DNA from: a virus
IMG/VR virus record: IMGVR_UViG_3300042691_030495
Reading direction: 5' to 3' (one strand)
DNA: 64,000 bases
The notes under the pieces were generated by a model. It was not told the origin of the DNA. It was given only the letters and a program-made list of their open reading frames with translations, and did not search any database. The first letter of the stretch is position 1, and each line of letters begins with the position of its first letter. Position numbers and translations under genes: made by a program. Below, in pieces: positions 1 through 11,100 of the stretch.

Positions 1-1
1 G

Positions 2-79
2 GTCAAGTACGGTGAGAAGCCAGACATTCTCAAAGGTAAGTTTAAGCCTCGCGCGTTTAAGCAGAAAGTTGCAAAGTAG
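2..79 (+). CDS. 3' end of a basic hypothetical protein (truncated by window edge)
   Basis: Open frame VKYGEKPDILKGKFKPRAFKQKVAK ending TAG at 77-79. Confidence 0.5.
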   Translation, partial: VKYGEKPDILKGKFKPRAFKQKVAK

Positions 80-85
80 CTCTAC

Positions 86-114
86 TTGCGCATACAACCA
101 GACTGTGATAGGAT
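86..114 (+). promoter_or_regulatory. sigma70/SigA-type promoter, probably leaderless
   Basis: TTGCGC (86-91), 17 bp spacer with TGTG, TAGGAT (109-114); ATG 6 nt downstream with no SD. Confidence 0.6.
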
Positions 115-120
115 ATAGCC

Positions 121-297
121 ATGAACTTAGATAACAATTTTGCTTGGCTAGTCCTACTAGCAGTAGTCGCGATACTCTACTACCCAGTAGCGAAAAGACT
201 TTACAGAAGATGGAAGCGGGCGCGTTTTTTAAAACAAGATCCGGCTCCACTTCTAGGTGTTGTCTTTCCGCCTTCAGACAAAAAGGATGAATACTAA
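121..297 (+). CDS. small membrane protein (58 aa, not in ORF track)
   Basis: MNLDNNFAWLVLLAVVAILYYPVAKRLYRRWKR...: one TM segment then a basic patch; abuts next ATG. Confidence 0.65.
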   Translation: MNLDNNFAWLVLLAVVAILYYPVAKRLYRRWKRARFLKQDPAPLLGVVFPPSDKKDEY

Positions 298-462
298 ATG
301 CGTTTACTACTAGCGCTAAGAGAAATTAACTGGCTTGCGGTGCTTGCTTTGCTTGCATCACTAGTGGCGGTTATTTTTACCTACGTAACTAACCCACCGC
401 TTACAGGTCCAACGATTGCACTAGCTGCAATCGCCCTAGCTAAGCTGTCCGAAAGAGACTAA
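298..462 (+). CDS. small membrane protein (54 aa, not in ORF track)
   Basis: MRLLLALREINWLAVLALLASLVAVIFTYV...TIALAAIALAKLSERD; two hydrophobic segments; TAA-ATG junction. Confidence 0.65.
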   Translation: MRLLLALREINWLAVLALLASLVAVIFTYVTNPPLTGPTIALAAIALAKLSERD

Positions 463-467
463 AAATA

Positions 468-635
468 ATGGACGCCCTTACTGTAATGACAATCGTTGTA
501 GCGGTGCTTTTAGTTCTCGGATTTATTTTCTGGGTTTTTCTAGGAGTTGTGATTTTTTTGGGCGCGGCCACCATGGGAGACGTGCACGACGATTTTCCAA
601 CCGAAAAAGATTTTGAAAATAGGAAAACTAAATGA
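468..635 (+). CDS. small membrane protein (55 aa, not in ORF track)
   Basis: MDALTVMTIVVAVLLVLGFIFWVFLGVVIFLGAA...; ATGA overlap with next gene. Confidence 0.65.
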   Translation: MDALTVMTIVVAVLLVLGFIFWVFLGVVIFLGAATMGDVHDDFPTEKDFENRKTK

Positions 636-919
636 TGTACTCAACGAAAAAAATACTCACGGTTGATGGGTCGGACGAATTAAGAGACGTCCTCCCTTTA
701 AGCGGGGTATTCGACATGCTCGACTGCGAAGTAGAGCTACTGTGCCCGCCTACTGCCCCTACGTCCGAAATAGAGAAGATGGTTCACATCATTGAGTCTA
801 TGATCAACGTAACTGATGTCAGGGTAACCGGCATCCCACGCTCAGAAGAAGAGCGAAGCTATACGGTAACAATTAGTAACGTACCAATCGAAGTTGCAAA
901 AGGAAAACTAAGAGGATAG
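632..919 (+). CDS. hypothetical protein
   Basis: ORF in tightly packed operon. Confidence 0.7.
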   Translation: MMYSTKKILTVDGSDELRDVLPLSGVFDMLDCEVELLCPPTAPTSEIEKMVHIIESMINVTDVRVTGIPRSEEERSYTVTISNVPIEVAKGKLRG

Positions 920-932
920 AGTAACCACCATA

Positions 933-1490
933 ATGACGAATACAAAATACATAAAAAAGAACCAGCAGGTTCCAACTCACATTGCAGAGTTTTTTAAGAC
1001 CAGCCCTGCTCCGGAGCTTCGAGACCAGTTGATCCGCACCCTTTGCGACAATCACTGGACATACGAAGCTGTTGCTGCTGCGTGTGACATTACACGAGAG
1101 CGCGTCCGCCAGATATACAGCTCGGAGCCTACGCAGAAAAATGTAAGACTTCCGTTTGACATTCCGGAGCCACCGCTAAAGCCTGAACGCTCTAAGCCGG
1201 TTTACATTGAGCCAGCCCCTGAAACACTAAAGCGCTTGCTTGATCTACAGCCTTACGCTCAGCTAGTTAGATCAAATGGAAAGGCTTATCGCGAAGAAGC
1301 CGAGGAGTACACCAAGCTTCTTAACTACGCTCACACCGTTGAGGGTGTAACTCTTTATCGACTAGCAAAGCGTCTTGGCGTAACACACGGTGCACTACGT
1401 TTTCGTCTTGTACGTTACGGTTACAAAAAACCAGTAACTGCAACTTCGAAAGTTTACACTCCGATCCTAAAAGAAAATAGGTTGAAGTAG
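933..1490 (+). CDS. helix-turn-helix DNA-binding protein (two HTHs, sigma70 region 4-like)
   Basis: WTYEAVAAACDITRERVRQI and VTLYRLAKRLGVTHGALRFRL. Confidence 0.75.
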   Translation: MTNTKYIKKNQQVPTHIAEFFKTSPAPELRDQLIRTLCDNHWTYEAVAAACDITRERVRQIYSSEPTQKNVRLPFDIPEPPLKPERSKPVYIEPAPETLKRLLDLQPYAQLVRSNGKAYREEAEEYTKLLNYAHTVEGVTLYRLAKRLGVTHGALRFRLVRYGYKKPVTATSKVYTPILKENRLK

Positions 1491-1508
1491 CAGAGTTATA
1501 ATATAAGT

Positions 1509-1611
1509 GGCGAAAGCCCTAGCTAGATAAACCGAAGACAATCCAATAGGAGGTCGGAAAACGTATCTAGATTTGCGGGTCCTACTTTTTTGGTAGGGCC
1601 CGCAACTCTTT
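1509..1611 (+). ncRNA. candidate structured small RNA
   Basis: TATAAT at 1497-1502; 5' GGC-GAAA-GCC hairpin; CTAGATA/TATCTAG stem enclosing CCGA/TCGG and TCC/GGA; ends in terminator hairpin; no ORF. Confidence 0.5.
1573..1611 (+). terminator. intrinsic terminator
   Basis: TTGCGGGTCCTAC-7nt-GTAGGGCCCGCAA followed by CTCTTT. Confidence 0.75.
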
Positions 1612-1628
1612 AACCGGGTGCGCTGTGT

Positions 1629-1636
1629 GGTAAACT
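1629..1636 (+). promoter_or_regulatory. GGTAAACT late-type -10 element
   Basis: Same GGTAA[AT][AC]T motif lies upstream of several structural transcription units. Confidence 0.55.
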
Positions 1637-1682
1637 TCAAGTATCGGGGAATCGACTCTCTACCGAAGAAAGCTCACAGCTA

Positions 1683-3080
<1,398 letters not shown>

Positions 3081-3103
3081 TAAATCCTGTACACTAGTAC
3101 CTT

Positions 3104-4513
3104 ATGGGTAAAAGTATTATGGAACAGCTCGCTCTCCTTCCAGAGGAGGAGCGACTAGAGGCTCTTGCTGACATCGATCCAGACTCTCTGATCTGGGACT
3201 GGTCCGTTTGGGCGCGTCCAGAGCAGCTAGCCCCGCCCGGTACCGATTGGAATATCTGGCTTGTTATGGCAGGCCGTGGTTTTGGTAAGACTCGCCTAGC
3301 AGCAGAATGGGTCCGCGAACAGGCCAAATACACGACTACCGGCCAACGCCGATTCGCACTTGTTGCCCGTACCGCAGCCGACGTCCGTGACGTTATCGTT
3401 GAAGGTGAGTCCGGAATCATCAATATCACCCCTCCAAGCGAGCGTCCACTATACGAGCCTTCGAAGCGTCGTCTAACTTGGCCCAACGGAAACACCGCCA
3501 CACTTTTTACCGCTGACGAACCTGACGGTCTCCGTGGTCCGCAGTTCACTCACGCCTGGGGCGATGAAATTGCAGCTTGGCGTCAGACTCCAGATGCCGC
3601 AGGTATGACCGCCTTCGATAACCTTCGAGTTGGTACTCGTCTTGGTGCAACCCCGCAGATGGTTGTTACCACAACCCCCAAGCGAGTTCCACTTCTTTAC
3701 AAACTTATCGAAGAGTCCAGAACCGACAAAGGTAACGTAATTATTACCAAGGGATCTACCATGGACAATGCTGGAAACCTTTCCAACTCATATCTTGACA
3801 CCATTACCGGCGTTTACGAAGGTACCGCCTTGGCTCGCCAGGAGCTTTACGGTGAGATGCTCGAGGATCTCGAAGGCTCTATGTGGAATGAAGAGATGGT
3901 TGAAGAAGCTAGACATGCTATGTATCCATTCTCTACTCCTCTAAGAGTTATCGGCGTTGACCCTTCTGTTGCTGAAAACCCTCGCGACGAATGTGGAATT
4001 GTTGTAGTAGCGTCTACTGCAGATCACGATCTCTACAAGCGCGAAGCATGGGTTCTAGAAGACGCTTCTGTTCACGGCTCTCCAGATACTTGGGCTCGTA
4101 AAGTTGTTGAGATGGCACGCAAGTGGGGGTGCCCTGTTGTAGCCGAAGTAAACCAAGGTGGCGCACTAGTTCGAAACGCTATTCTTTCAATCGACCCGAG
4201 CATTAAAGTTCTAGAGGTCCACTCTAAGCAAGGTAAACAGCTTCGTGCAGAGCCAATTGTTCTTGCCTACGAGCAAAAGCGCGTCCACCATGTTGGATAC
4301 CTACAGGACCTAGAGTCTCAGATGTACTCGTGGATTCCAGGCGAAGGAAAATCTCCTGACCGGATTGACGCACTTGTCCACGCTTTAACCGCGCTACTAA
4401 TTAAACCACCGCCTGGCTTTAGCGGAGGAAAGATACGCGCAAAATCTGTGGCAGACAGAAGACTTCCAAAAAGCTCAATAACTGACCGAGTAAATATCTT
4501 TAGAGTCCGCTAA
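3104..4513 (+). CDS. terL: terminase large subunit
   Basis: Walker A AGRGFGKT, LRGPQF..AWGDE, nuclease VIGVDPS and SPDRIDA. Confidence 0.95.
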   Translation: MGKSIMEQLALLPEEERLEALADIDPDSLIWDWSVWARPEQLAPPGTDWNIWLVMAGRGFGKTRLAAEWVREQAKYTTTGQRRFALVARTAADVRDVIVEGESGIINITPPSERPLYEPSKRRLTWPNGNTATLFTADEPDGLRGPQFTHAWGDEIAAWRQTPDAAGMTAFDNLRVGTRLGATPQMVVTTTPKRVPLLYKLIEESRTDKGNVIITKGSTMDNAGNLSNSYLDTITGVYEGTALARQELYGEMLEDLEGSMWNEEMVEEARHAMYPFSTPLRVIGVDPSVAENPRDECGIVVVASTADHDLYKREAWVLEDASVHGSPDTWARKVVEMARKWGCPVVAEVNQGGALVRNAILSIDPSIKVLEVHSKQGKQLRAEPIVLAYEQKRVHHVGYLQDLESQMYSWIPGEGKSPDRIDALVHALTALLIKPPPGFSGGKIRAKSVADRRLPKSSITDRVNIFRVR

Positions 4514-4878
4514 TGAAGGTGCTTGCTGATATATTTCCAGCGCACCTAGCAGTAGTTGCCCCCGGGATTTTTGAAGATGTCTATGACCTAAGATCTAATC
4601 CACCGACTGAAGATGCCTTTTATCGGAGTACTACCAGGGTTGTTGTTACGGACGAGGCGGTATTTGTTGCTCAGGATGGTCCAAGCGGTGCTCAGATCAT
4701 ATTTCAAGAGAGATATGACCTATTCCTAAAAGCAGCAGACGCAAAAAGCGACTATAGAATCATAACTAAGTCTGGAAAAATGCTAGCATTTCAAAAAGAC
4801 ACCAACTGCGGCTGCGGATCCCGCCTTCGGGGTTGGAACGCGTATAAAACTATCTCTTCAATAAAGGATTCGATATGA
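4513..4878 (+). CDS. hypothetical protein (CGCG motif)
   Basis: Coupled to terL; NCGCGSRL. Confidence 0.75.
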   Translation: MKVLADIFPAHLAVVAPGIFEDVYDLRSNPPTEDAFYRSTTRVVVTDEAVFVAQDGPSGAQIIFQERYDLFLKAADAKSDYRIITKSGKMLAFQKDTNCGCGSRLRGWNAYKTISSIKDSI

Positions 4879-5162
4879 CACTTGACATTCTAACCTACGT
4901 TATCTTAGTTTTGGCTGCCTACCGAGTCACCCGATTGATTACAACAGATACTATTTTGGAAGGCTTCCGCAACTGGGTCTGGAGTAGACAAGACCCGGGA
5001 ACTAAGATAGGCTATCTAATAAGCTGTAATTGGTGTACCGGATTTTGGGTGTCTTTGGCATTCATTCTGGCACATCTTTTAGTGCCTAATGCCACGTTTG
5101 TGGTATCATTAGTGTTATCGACATCTGCCCTAGTAGGTATTATTTCTTCAAAGGCTGAGTAA
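4875..5162 (+). CDS. DUF1360-like membrane protein
   Basis: LAAYRVTRLITTDTI...YLISCNWCTGFW signature. Confidence 0.75.
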   Translation: MTLDILTYVILVLAAYRVTRLITTDTILEGFRNWVWSRQDPGTKIGYLISCNWCTGFWVSLAFILAHLLVPNATFVVSLVLSTSALVGIISSKAE

Positions 5163-5174
5163 CAGGGAGACCCC

Positions 5175-6926
5175 TTGGGAATTTTCAATAAGAACAGCAA
5201 AAACACACGTAGAGAATCTACTAACAGTCGCTTTAGGGCTTCGGTGCCTCGCACTGCGACCCCTGTTGCTCCAGGCATCTCTGTAGATTCTTTCGGTTTG
5301 GTTTATGCAGAGCCCGCGGCCTACAACACCCCTAGAGCTTTAACTGCAGCAGCAGCCCAGATAAAAATTGGTGACAAAACAGAGGCAGAGCAGTTTAAAG
5401 CTCGTAGACAGTCCGCTTCTTCGTCCTGGCAGACAGAAGCTTGGGAGTACTACGACGCGATTGGCGAAATTAAGTACGCTTTTAATCTTGTTGCTGCAGT
5501 TGTATCCCGTATTCGAATCTACGCAGCATCTGTAGACAACCCAGCCGAGGCTCCTGTTCCTGTAAATATCTCAGCGAACATAGATCCTCAGCTAGCAAGA
5601 GCCGCTGAGCGCGCATTGGCAAGACTTAACTCAGCATACGGTGGTCAGGCAGGTCTTTTGAAAGACGCTGCTCTAAATCTTCAGGTTACTGGAGAGTGCT
5701 ACCTAGTTCAGGTTCCAGAACGTGTTGGCACTGGTCTTCCAGAGAGCTGGGACATGAGATCTGTAGATGAACTACAGCTAGACTCCAGAGGAAACTATGT
5801 CATTAGCCCAATTCGCGATGTTTCAGGATCTTCTTCCAACCAAACTTCAAAAAGTGCGATAAAACTTCCTAAGGACGCGTTTATTGGACGCATTTGGAAG
5901 TCTCACCCTCGTTACTCACTAGAGTCAGACTCATCGCTGCGCGGTCTACTCGATCTTTGCGCTGAACTTCTACTTCTTAACCGCACCTTCCGTGCAACTG
6001 CACGTTCACGCTTGAACGCTGGTGCTCTCTACTTGCCAGACGGACTGTCAGTAGCATCTTCTCCGGATCCAGACTACCCATACGATGAAGATGGCGAATA
6101 CAACGAGCAGTATAACGCCGAGGAAGCTGCTGACGACTTCGAAGATCAACTAATCGACGCGATGACCACTCCGATTAAGGACGAAGACTCCGCGAGCGCC
6201 GTTGTCCCACTTATCATTCGTGGACCTGCAGAACTTGGCGACAAGATCAAGCAGTTTAAGTTCGAGCGTTCGTTTGACGCCAGCCTTGTGCAGCGTGCTG
6301 ACCGAGTCCTTGAGAGAATCATGCAGGGTCTAGACGTCCCTAAGGATGTTGTAACAGGTCTTGCAAATGTTAAGTATTCAAACGCTCTACAGATTGACGA
6401 AGCACTCTACAAGGCTCACATCGAACCTCTAATGCTTCTTATTGTTGACGCTTTGACTGTTGTTTACTTGCGTCCATACCTAATTGCAAACGGCTATGAC
6501 GAAGAAGCTGTAGCCAAGATTCAGGTTTGGTATGACCCAAGTCAGGTAGCAACCAGAAATGACAGAGCTACCGACGCAGACAGCGGATTCGACAAGATGG
6601 CAGTCTCCTACAACACATGGAGACGCGCGCACGGATTCTCAGATGCAGACGCACCTAGCCCAGCAGAACTTGCACTACGCCTTGTAATTGAGAAGGGTAT
6701 GATCACCCCTGAGCTAACTCAAAGCATGCTAGAAGCGGTTGCGCCTGAACTTAAAGATCTTATTAACGCAGCAAGTCAAGCCAGCTCTGTAGCTCCTATG
6801 CCACCAGAGATTGAGCAATTGCTAGCTGGACAGCCAGTGGCTCCTGGAGCAGAGGCACCTACCGAAGAGCCTGCAGCAGAAGCCCCGGGTCTTGCAGAAC
6901 CAGTAGCTCCTCAAGAAGGGCAGTAA
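5175..6926 (+). CDS. portal protein
   Basis: Position after terL, size, WQTEAWEYYDAIGEIKYA and RSRLNAGALYLP motifs typical of actinophage portals; GGGAG SD before TTG. Confidence 0.85.
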   Translation: MGIFNKNSKNTRRESTNSRFRASVPRTATPVAPGISVDSFGLVYAEPAAYNTPRALTAAAAQIKIGDKTEAEQFKARRQSASSSWQTEAWEYYDAIGEIKYAFNLVAAVVSRIRIYAASVDNPAEAPVPVNISANIDPQLARAAERALARLNSAYGGQAGLLKDAALNLQVTGECYLVQVPERVGTGLPESWDMRSVDELQLDSRGNYVISPIRDVSGSSSNQTSKSAIKLPKDAFIGRIWKSHPRYSLESDSSLRGLLDLCAELLLLNRTFRATARSRLNAGALYLPDGLSVASSPDPDYPYDEDGEYNEQYNAEEAADDFEDQLIDAMTTPIKDEDSASAVVPLIIRGPAELGDKIKQFKFERSFDASLVQRADRVLERIMQGLDVPKDVVTGLANVKYSNALQIDEALYKAHIEPLMLLIVDALTVVYLRPYLIANGYDEEAVAKIQVWYDPSQVATRNDRATDADSGFDKMAVSYNTWRRAHGFSDADAPSPAELALRLVIEKGMITPELTQSMLEAVAPELKDLINAASQASSVAPMPPEIEQLLAGQPVAPGAEAPTEEPAAEAPGLAEPVAPQEGQ

Positions 6927-6928
6927 TA

Positions 6929-7384
6929 GTGGACCAGCCATCTAGCGTAGATCTTGCAAAGAAACTTGCTCATCTACTGTCTGACGTAGTTTCTCTGTCT
7001 TTTATTTCTCAGGGGCACCACTGGAACATTAAAGGTTTTAACTTTTATCAGTTCCACGCGTTCTTTGCAGAAATATACGAAGACACTTCTTCAGCGATTG
7101 ATCCTCTTGCAGAAAACATTAGAAAGCTAGGATTCAATGCCCCCTATCTTCTAACTGACTTTTCCGAGATGACCTGCATCAACCAAGAACGAATTGACGG
7201 AGACGCCATTGAGTCTATTAATTCTTTAGTTAGTGCAAACAGTATTGTAACTAACTGCTACGCAGATGCTTTTGAGCTTGCAGAAAACTGCAACCAACCA
7301 GGCATTGCAGACTTCCTTGCTGGAAGACATGAGATGCACCAGAAGTGGCAGTGGCAGTTAGAGTCAACTTTAGGGATTAGATAA
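6929..7384 (+). CDS. dps: Dps / ferritin-like DNA-protection protein
   Basis: HHWNIKGFNFYQFHAFFAEIYE...IDPLAENIRKLG and HQKWQWQL ferroxidase-centre motifs. Confidence 0.9.
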   Translation: MDQPSSVDLAKKLAHLLSDVVSLSFISQGHHWNIKGFNFYQFHAFFAEIYEDTSSAIDPLAENIRKLGFNAPYLLTDFSEMTCINQERIDGDAIESINSLVSANSIVTNCYADAFELAENCNQPGIADFLAGRHEMHQKWQWQLESTLGIR

Positions 7385-8076
7385 TGTCTTCGTATTTAGA
7401 GTCTGCTTTTGGTGGAAACTCAAATATCTCGGGATACTCTTTAGTCCCAGAAGAGCAAGAGTTTGCTGACGCAATCCTAAAGGTTGCCAAAAAGTACGGA
7501 AAGTTTAACGACGACAACAGCGGTGTTTGGGTTGGGTACACTCCTGCCTCAGAGAATGAGGAGAACGCTCAGATTGGCGTTAAGTGTGGCAACTGTGTCT
7601 TCTTCATGGGCGGAAATGCCTGCCAGATCCTAGCTGAAGCAGTGGAGGAGAACGGCCTATGCCGTCTTGCTGTATTGCCAGATGGCGCAGTCACTGCTAC
7701 AGCTGGCTCAAAGCCTGCTCCGAAAAAAGATCAAATCAAAGGATCTAAAAAGAACCCTAAAGGTTCGGCCGACGATGGCAAGAGCGTAACTTTCAACGAA
7801 ACCATAATTACGTCCCTCAAGAACAAGGTAGAAAGCCACAACGAAAAGGCAGAAGCTGGCAGAAAAGCAACTCTTCCAACTCTAAAAGCTGTATACCGCA
7901 GGGGTGCTGGAGCTTTCTCTACATCTCACAGGCCTGACCAGAATCGCAACTCTTGGGCTATGGCCAGAGTGAACGCATACCTGCACTTACTAAAAACCGG
8001 ATCTCCTAAAAACTCAAAGTACACAACAGATAATGACCTGCTACCAAAGGGTCACCCAAAGTCAACAAAGAAATAA
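7384..8076 (+). CDS. two-domain head-associated protein: HiPIP-like 4-Cys domain plus basic phage domain
   Basis: KCGNCVFF..C..G.C pattern; C-terminal VYRRGAGAFSTSHRP..WAMARVNAYL..DLLPKGHP. Confidence 0.65.
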   Translation: MSSYLESAFGGNSNISGYSLVPEEQEFADAILKVAKKYGKFNDDNSGVWVGYTPASENEENAQIGVKCGNCVFFMGGNACQILAEAVEENGLCRLAVLPDGAVTATAGSKPAPKKDQIKGSKKNPKGSADDGKSVTFNETIITSLKNKVESHNEKAEAGRKATLPTLKAVYRRGAGAFSTSHRPDQNRNSWAMARVNAYLHLLKTGSPKNSKYTTDNDLLPKGHPKSTKK

Positions 8077-8078
8077 AA

Positions 8079-8099
8079 TACCGCATAATGCGGTAAACT
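8079..8099 (+). promoter_or_regulatory. palindrome overlapping GGTAAACT -10 element
   Basis: TACCGCAT-A-ATGCGGTA (8079-8095); GGTAAACT 8092-8099. Confidence 0.55.
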
Positions 8100-8149
8100 T
8101 CTAGTAATATACTTTTAGCAAATACTCCTTTGCTCAGAAAGGCACCCAC

Positions 8150-11100
8150 GTGAGCCAAGCGTTCGATTCCCTACTCGCTAAGATCGAGAACTACTACTCT
8201 GACGCGGATTACACCGTTCAAGACGCCGAGCACCTGTCTCGCATCGCTATCTCCGAATACGCTTCGACTCAGAATGCTCTAGTAGCTTCGGCTCGTCAAC
8301 TTTCCAATAATTCAGTACAAAAAATTATTGACCTAACAATTAATAAGCACATAACTGCAGACCCAAGCGAGTGGATGCTCTTCGCAGCAAATGCCGTAGA
8401 CAACGTAATTAACTACTCACAGCGCGGTGTACTAGCTTCTGGTCTTTCAGACTTTACAGACTTTTTACCAGTAGGTCACCCGTCAAGAACTAACCGCGGG
8501 GCTATGACCGCCTCTGCACTAAACCAGGCCACCGCGCTTTGGACTGCTGCAGACCCTCGCATTGCTTCTGACGAAGCTAGATACGACACATACAAAGCAT
8601 ACGCAAGCCAGCCAGGATCAGTTGAAGCAGACTACGCAGCGTATAAACTTTCAGCACTAGTTGCAGCAGGTTATGTTCCAGAAGACATTAGTCTTCCGAT
8701 CACTGCAGCGTTCAGAATGAGCTTTGCAATGCGCTCCGCAATGTCTAAGGCACTTGCTGCTGTACGTCGTCGCCACCGCGATGGTAGATTCGCTGAAGAG
8801 TTTGGACGTCTAAAGGGATTCTTTAGCCGTGGAGACGGAAGCATTTTCTCTGAAAACGGAAGAATTGTTGGCGCTGAGCGTGGGACCAACAACTTTGAGG
8901 TAGAGTTCAGCGGATCCGACGAGATTCCAGATGGTATCTACACCATCGATGCAGCTAAGACAGATTCCGTTAAAGCTGTTCTATCTAAGCGCGCACTGAA
9001 AGGCGTTAAAGGAAAGCGCAGTATTGCAGTGCCGACTCAGGCAGAGCGAGACGCTGCTATTCCTCTAGACGAGTTTATAAAAACTAAAAAAGATGCACCA
9101 GAGGGTTGGACTAAGAACGAAGATGGATCTTTTACATCTAAGACAGGTCAGACACTACGTCAGGTAGACACTCGCCCTGAAGGTGACTACATGTTTGAAG
9201 GTGCTGGCGAAAGTGGTGCCGAAGATCCTAACGAACCGTTCTTTGAGTTAACTGACAGAGACGGCGAAATAATCGGTGTTGCTCAGGACTGGGCCGGCGC
9301 AAACAAAATTGCACTTACCTACGATGCTTTTGAAGAAGACAGCAAGCCAGAACCAGAAGAGCCAGGTCTCGACCAAGACGCTCCTGCCTCTGATCAAGAG
9401 GATCCTACAGCCATTGGAAAACCGGAAGACCCTAGAGCAGCTGCAATAGAAGATTTAGTATCCAACCTTGACTCTGCTGAAGCAAGAAGAGAATTTGAGC
9501 GCATGGAGCGGAGAGATGGCTCTTGGCTTGACTCAGAGCAGCCATCAATAGACGCGTATGGACCTGACGATAAGAATCTGAACTGGAATGCTGAGTACGA
9601 CAAAACTACTAAGGACCTTATAGAAAAGATTTTTAGTGACCCAGCAGTTGTCGAAGCTCGTAATGATAGGCCACTAGCTAAAACGCAAGAGGGCGACCCT
9701 GAGGACTGGGAATTAGACAATTGGTACCAAGAAGTCGGCGCTGCAATTTCATGGGCAGCAAAAAAGTACGCAGAAGAAGCTGCACCGGGCCTCGACCAAG
9801 ATGCTCCTCGAAGCTTAAATGAGCCAGAAGACTCCGCTGTTGACATCGGTCCAGACCTAGAGAGAACTGACAGCGGAGATTTAGAGTACTACTCTGACAC
9901 TGCTGGTGCTGACATCTCTAAAGTTGGAGACAAGTGGCAGCTCGTCAAGAGCGGGTTTGAGGATATTGAACAGCACCCACGCGGTGTCTACCAGTATGAA
10001 GACACTAAGATGTTTGACTCCGAGCAAGAAGCCATAGCTGAAGCACAAAAGTGGATTGATTTAGGTAAGTCTTCTGACTTCTACGACTTTATGTATAACG
10101 ACTGGTTTGATGGCCAAGCAGATGGCCTAGACCAGGATGCCAAAAACCCTAACTGGTTTGAAGACGCTATTGACTTTGATGCCATAGACAATCAGGATAG
10201 CTGGAAAGACCTAGGCGGAGGCTCCAGAGAGTACACCTCACCAGACGGAAAACTAAAACTAACTTTTGAACCAGACGGCGACTCGGACGGTGAGGGTGGA
10301 CTTGTAGACGCCTCCGGAATTACTGTTGAGTACGATGGTCAATCTGTTGGCAGCTTTAAGGCAACCGAGCGCGACCTCACGTCTCCAGGAGAAGTTGCAG
10401 ACGCCCTTAGCCGTACTTTAGCTGAAGCTAATTTTAATCCTAACGATTTAATAAAATTTGATGATTTTGGAAATTACGGCTTCGAGCGAGAGAGCGGTCT
10501 TGGCACAGTTTCTATCTCTAAAAAGTACGACCCAAACACTAAGAAACTCCAGTGGGAAGTAACTAAAGAAGCTCGCGACCTTATTGATGAGAACGTTGAG
10601 CACTCTTTCTTTGAGCAAAAAAAGTTTGACTCCTTAGATGACGCAAGAGCTTTCGCTGAAGAGTTTGCTCAGATTCTTAACGATGACGACAAATTCTCCA
10701 AATTCCTAAACGATGACTGGGCAGACAGAGACTACGACTACGGCTTTGACCAAGCAGGCGGATCTACGACAGATACCGTAAAGCAGCTTGCTGACGGATA
10801 CAACATCACTCCTCGTGTAGAAATAGTTTACAATTCGAACACCAAGCAGTATGAGCGTTCAGTAAACTCGAACGAGTTTGAAGCAGACGGTGACTTCTAC
10901 GACTTTGGTTCGGCAGTAGTTAACCTGTCTGAATATGCTCCAGGTAAATGGGTAGCAACTATCTTCTATGGAGATAGGGATGGCAGTGGCCAGGATACCC
11001 TTGAACTTGAGCAAGACTTCAACAGCCCCGAGGAAGCCTTCGAGTGGGTAGCTAACGGATTTGGTAAAGGGTTTGACAACTCTCAGGTTGCGGAAGGTGT

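Noticed and set aside
1509-1570. Assignment as tRNA or a known riboswitch
   Set aside because: No cloverleaf or T-loop, and I cannot match it to a known aptamer consensus
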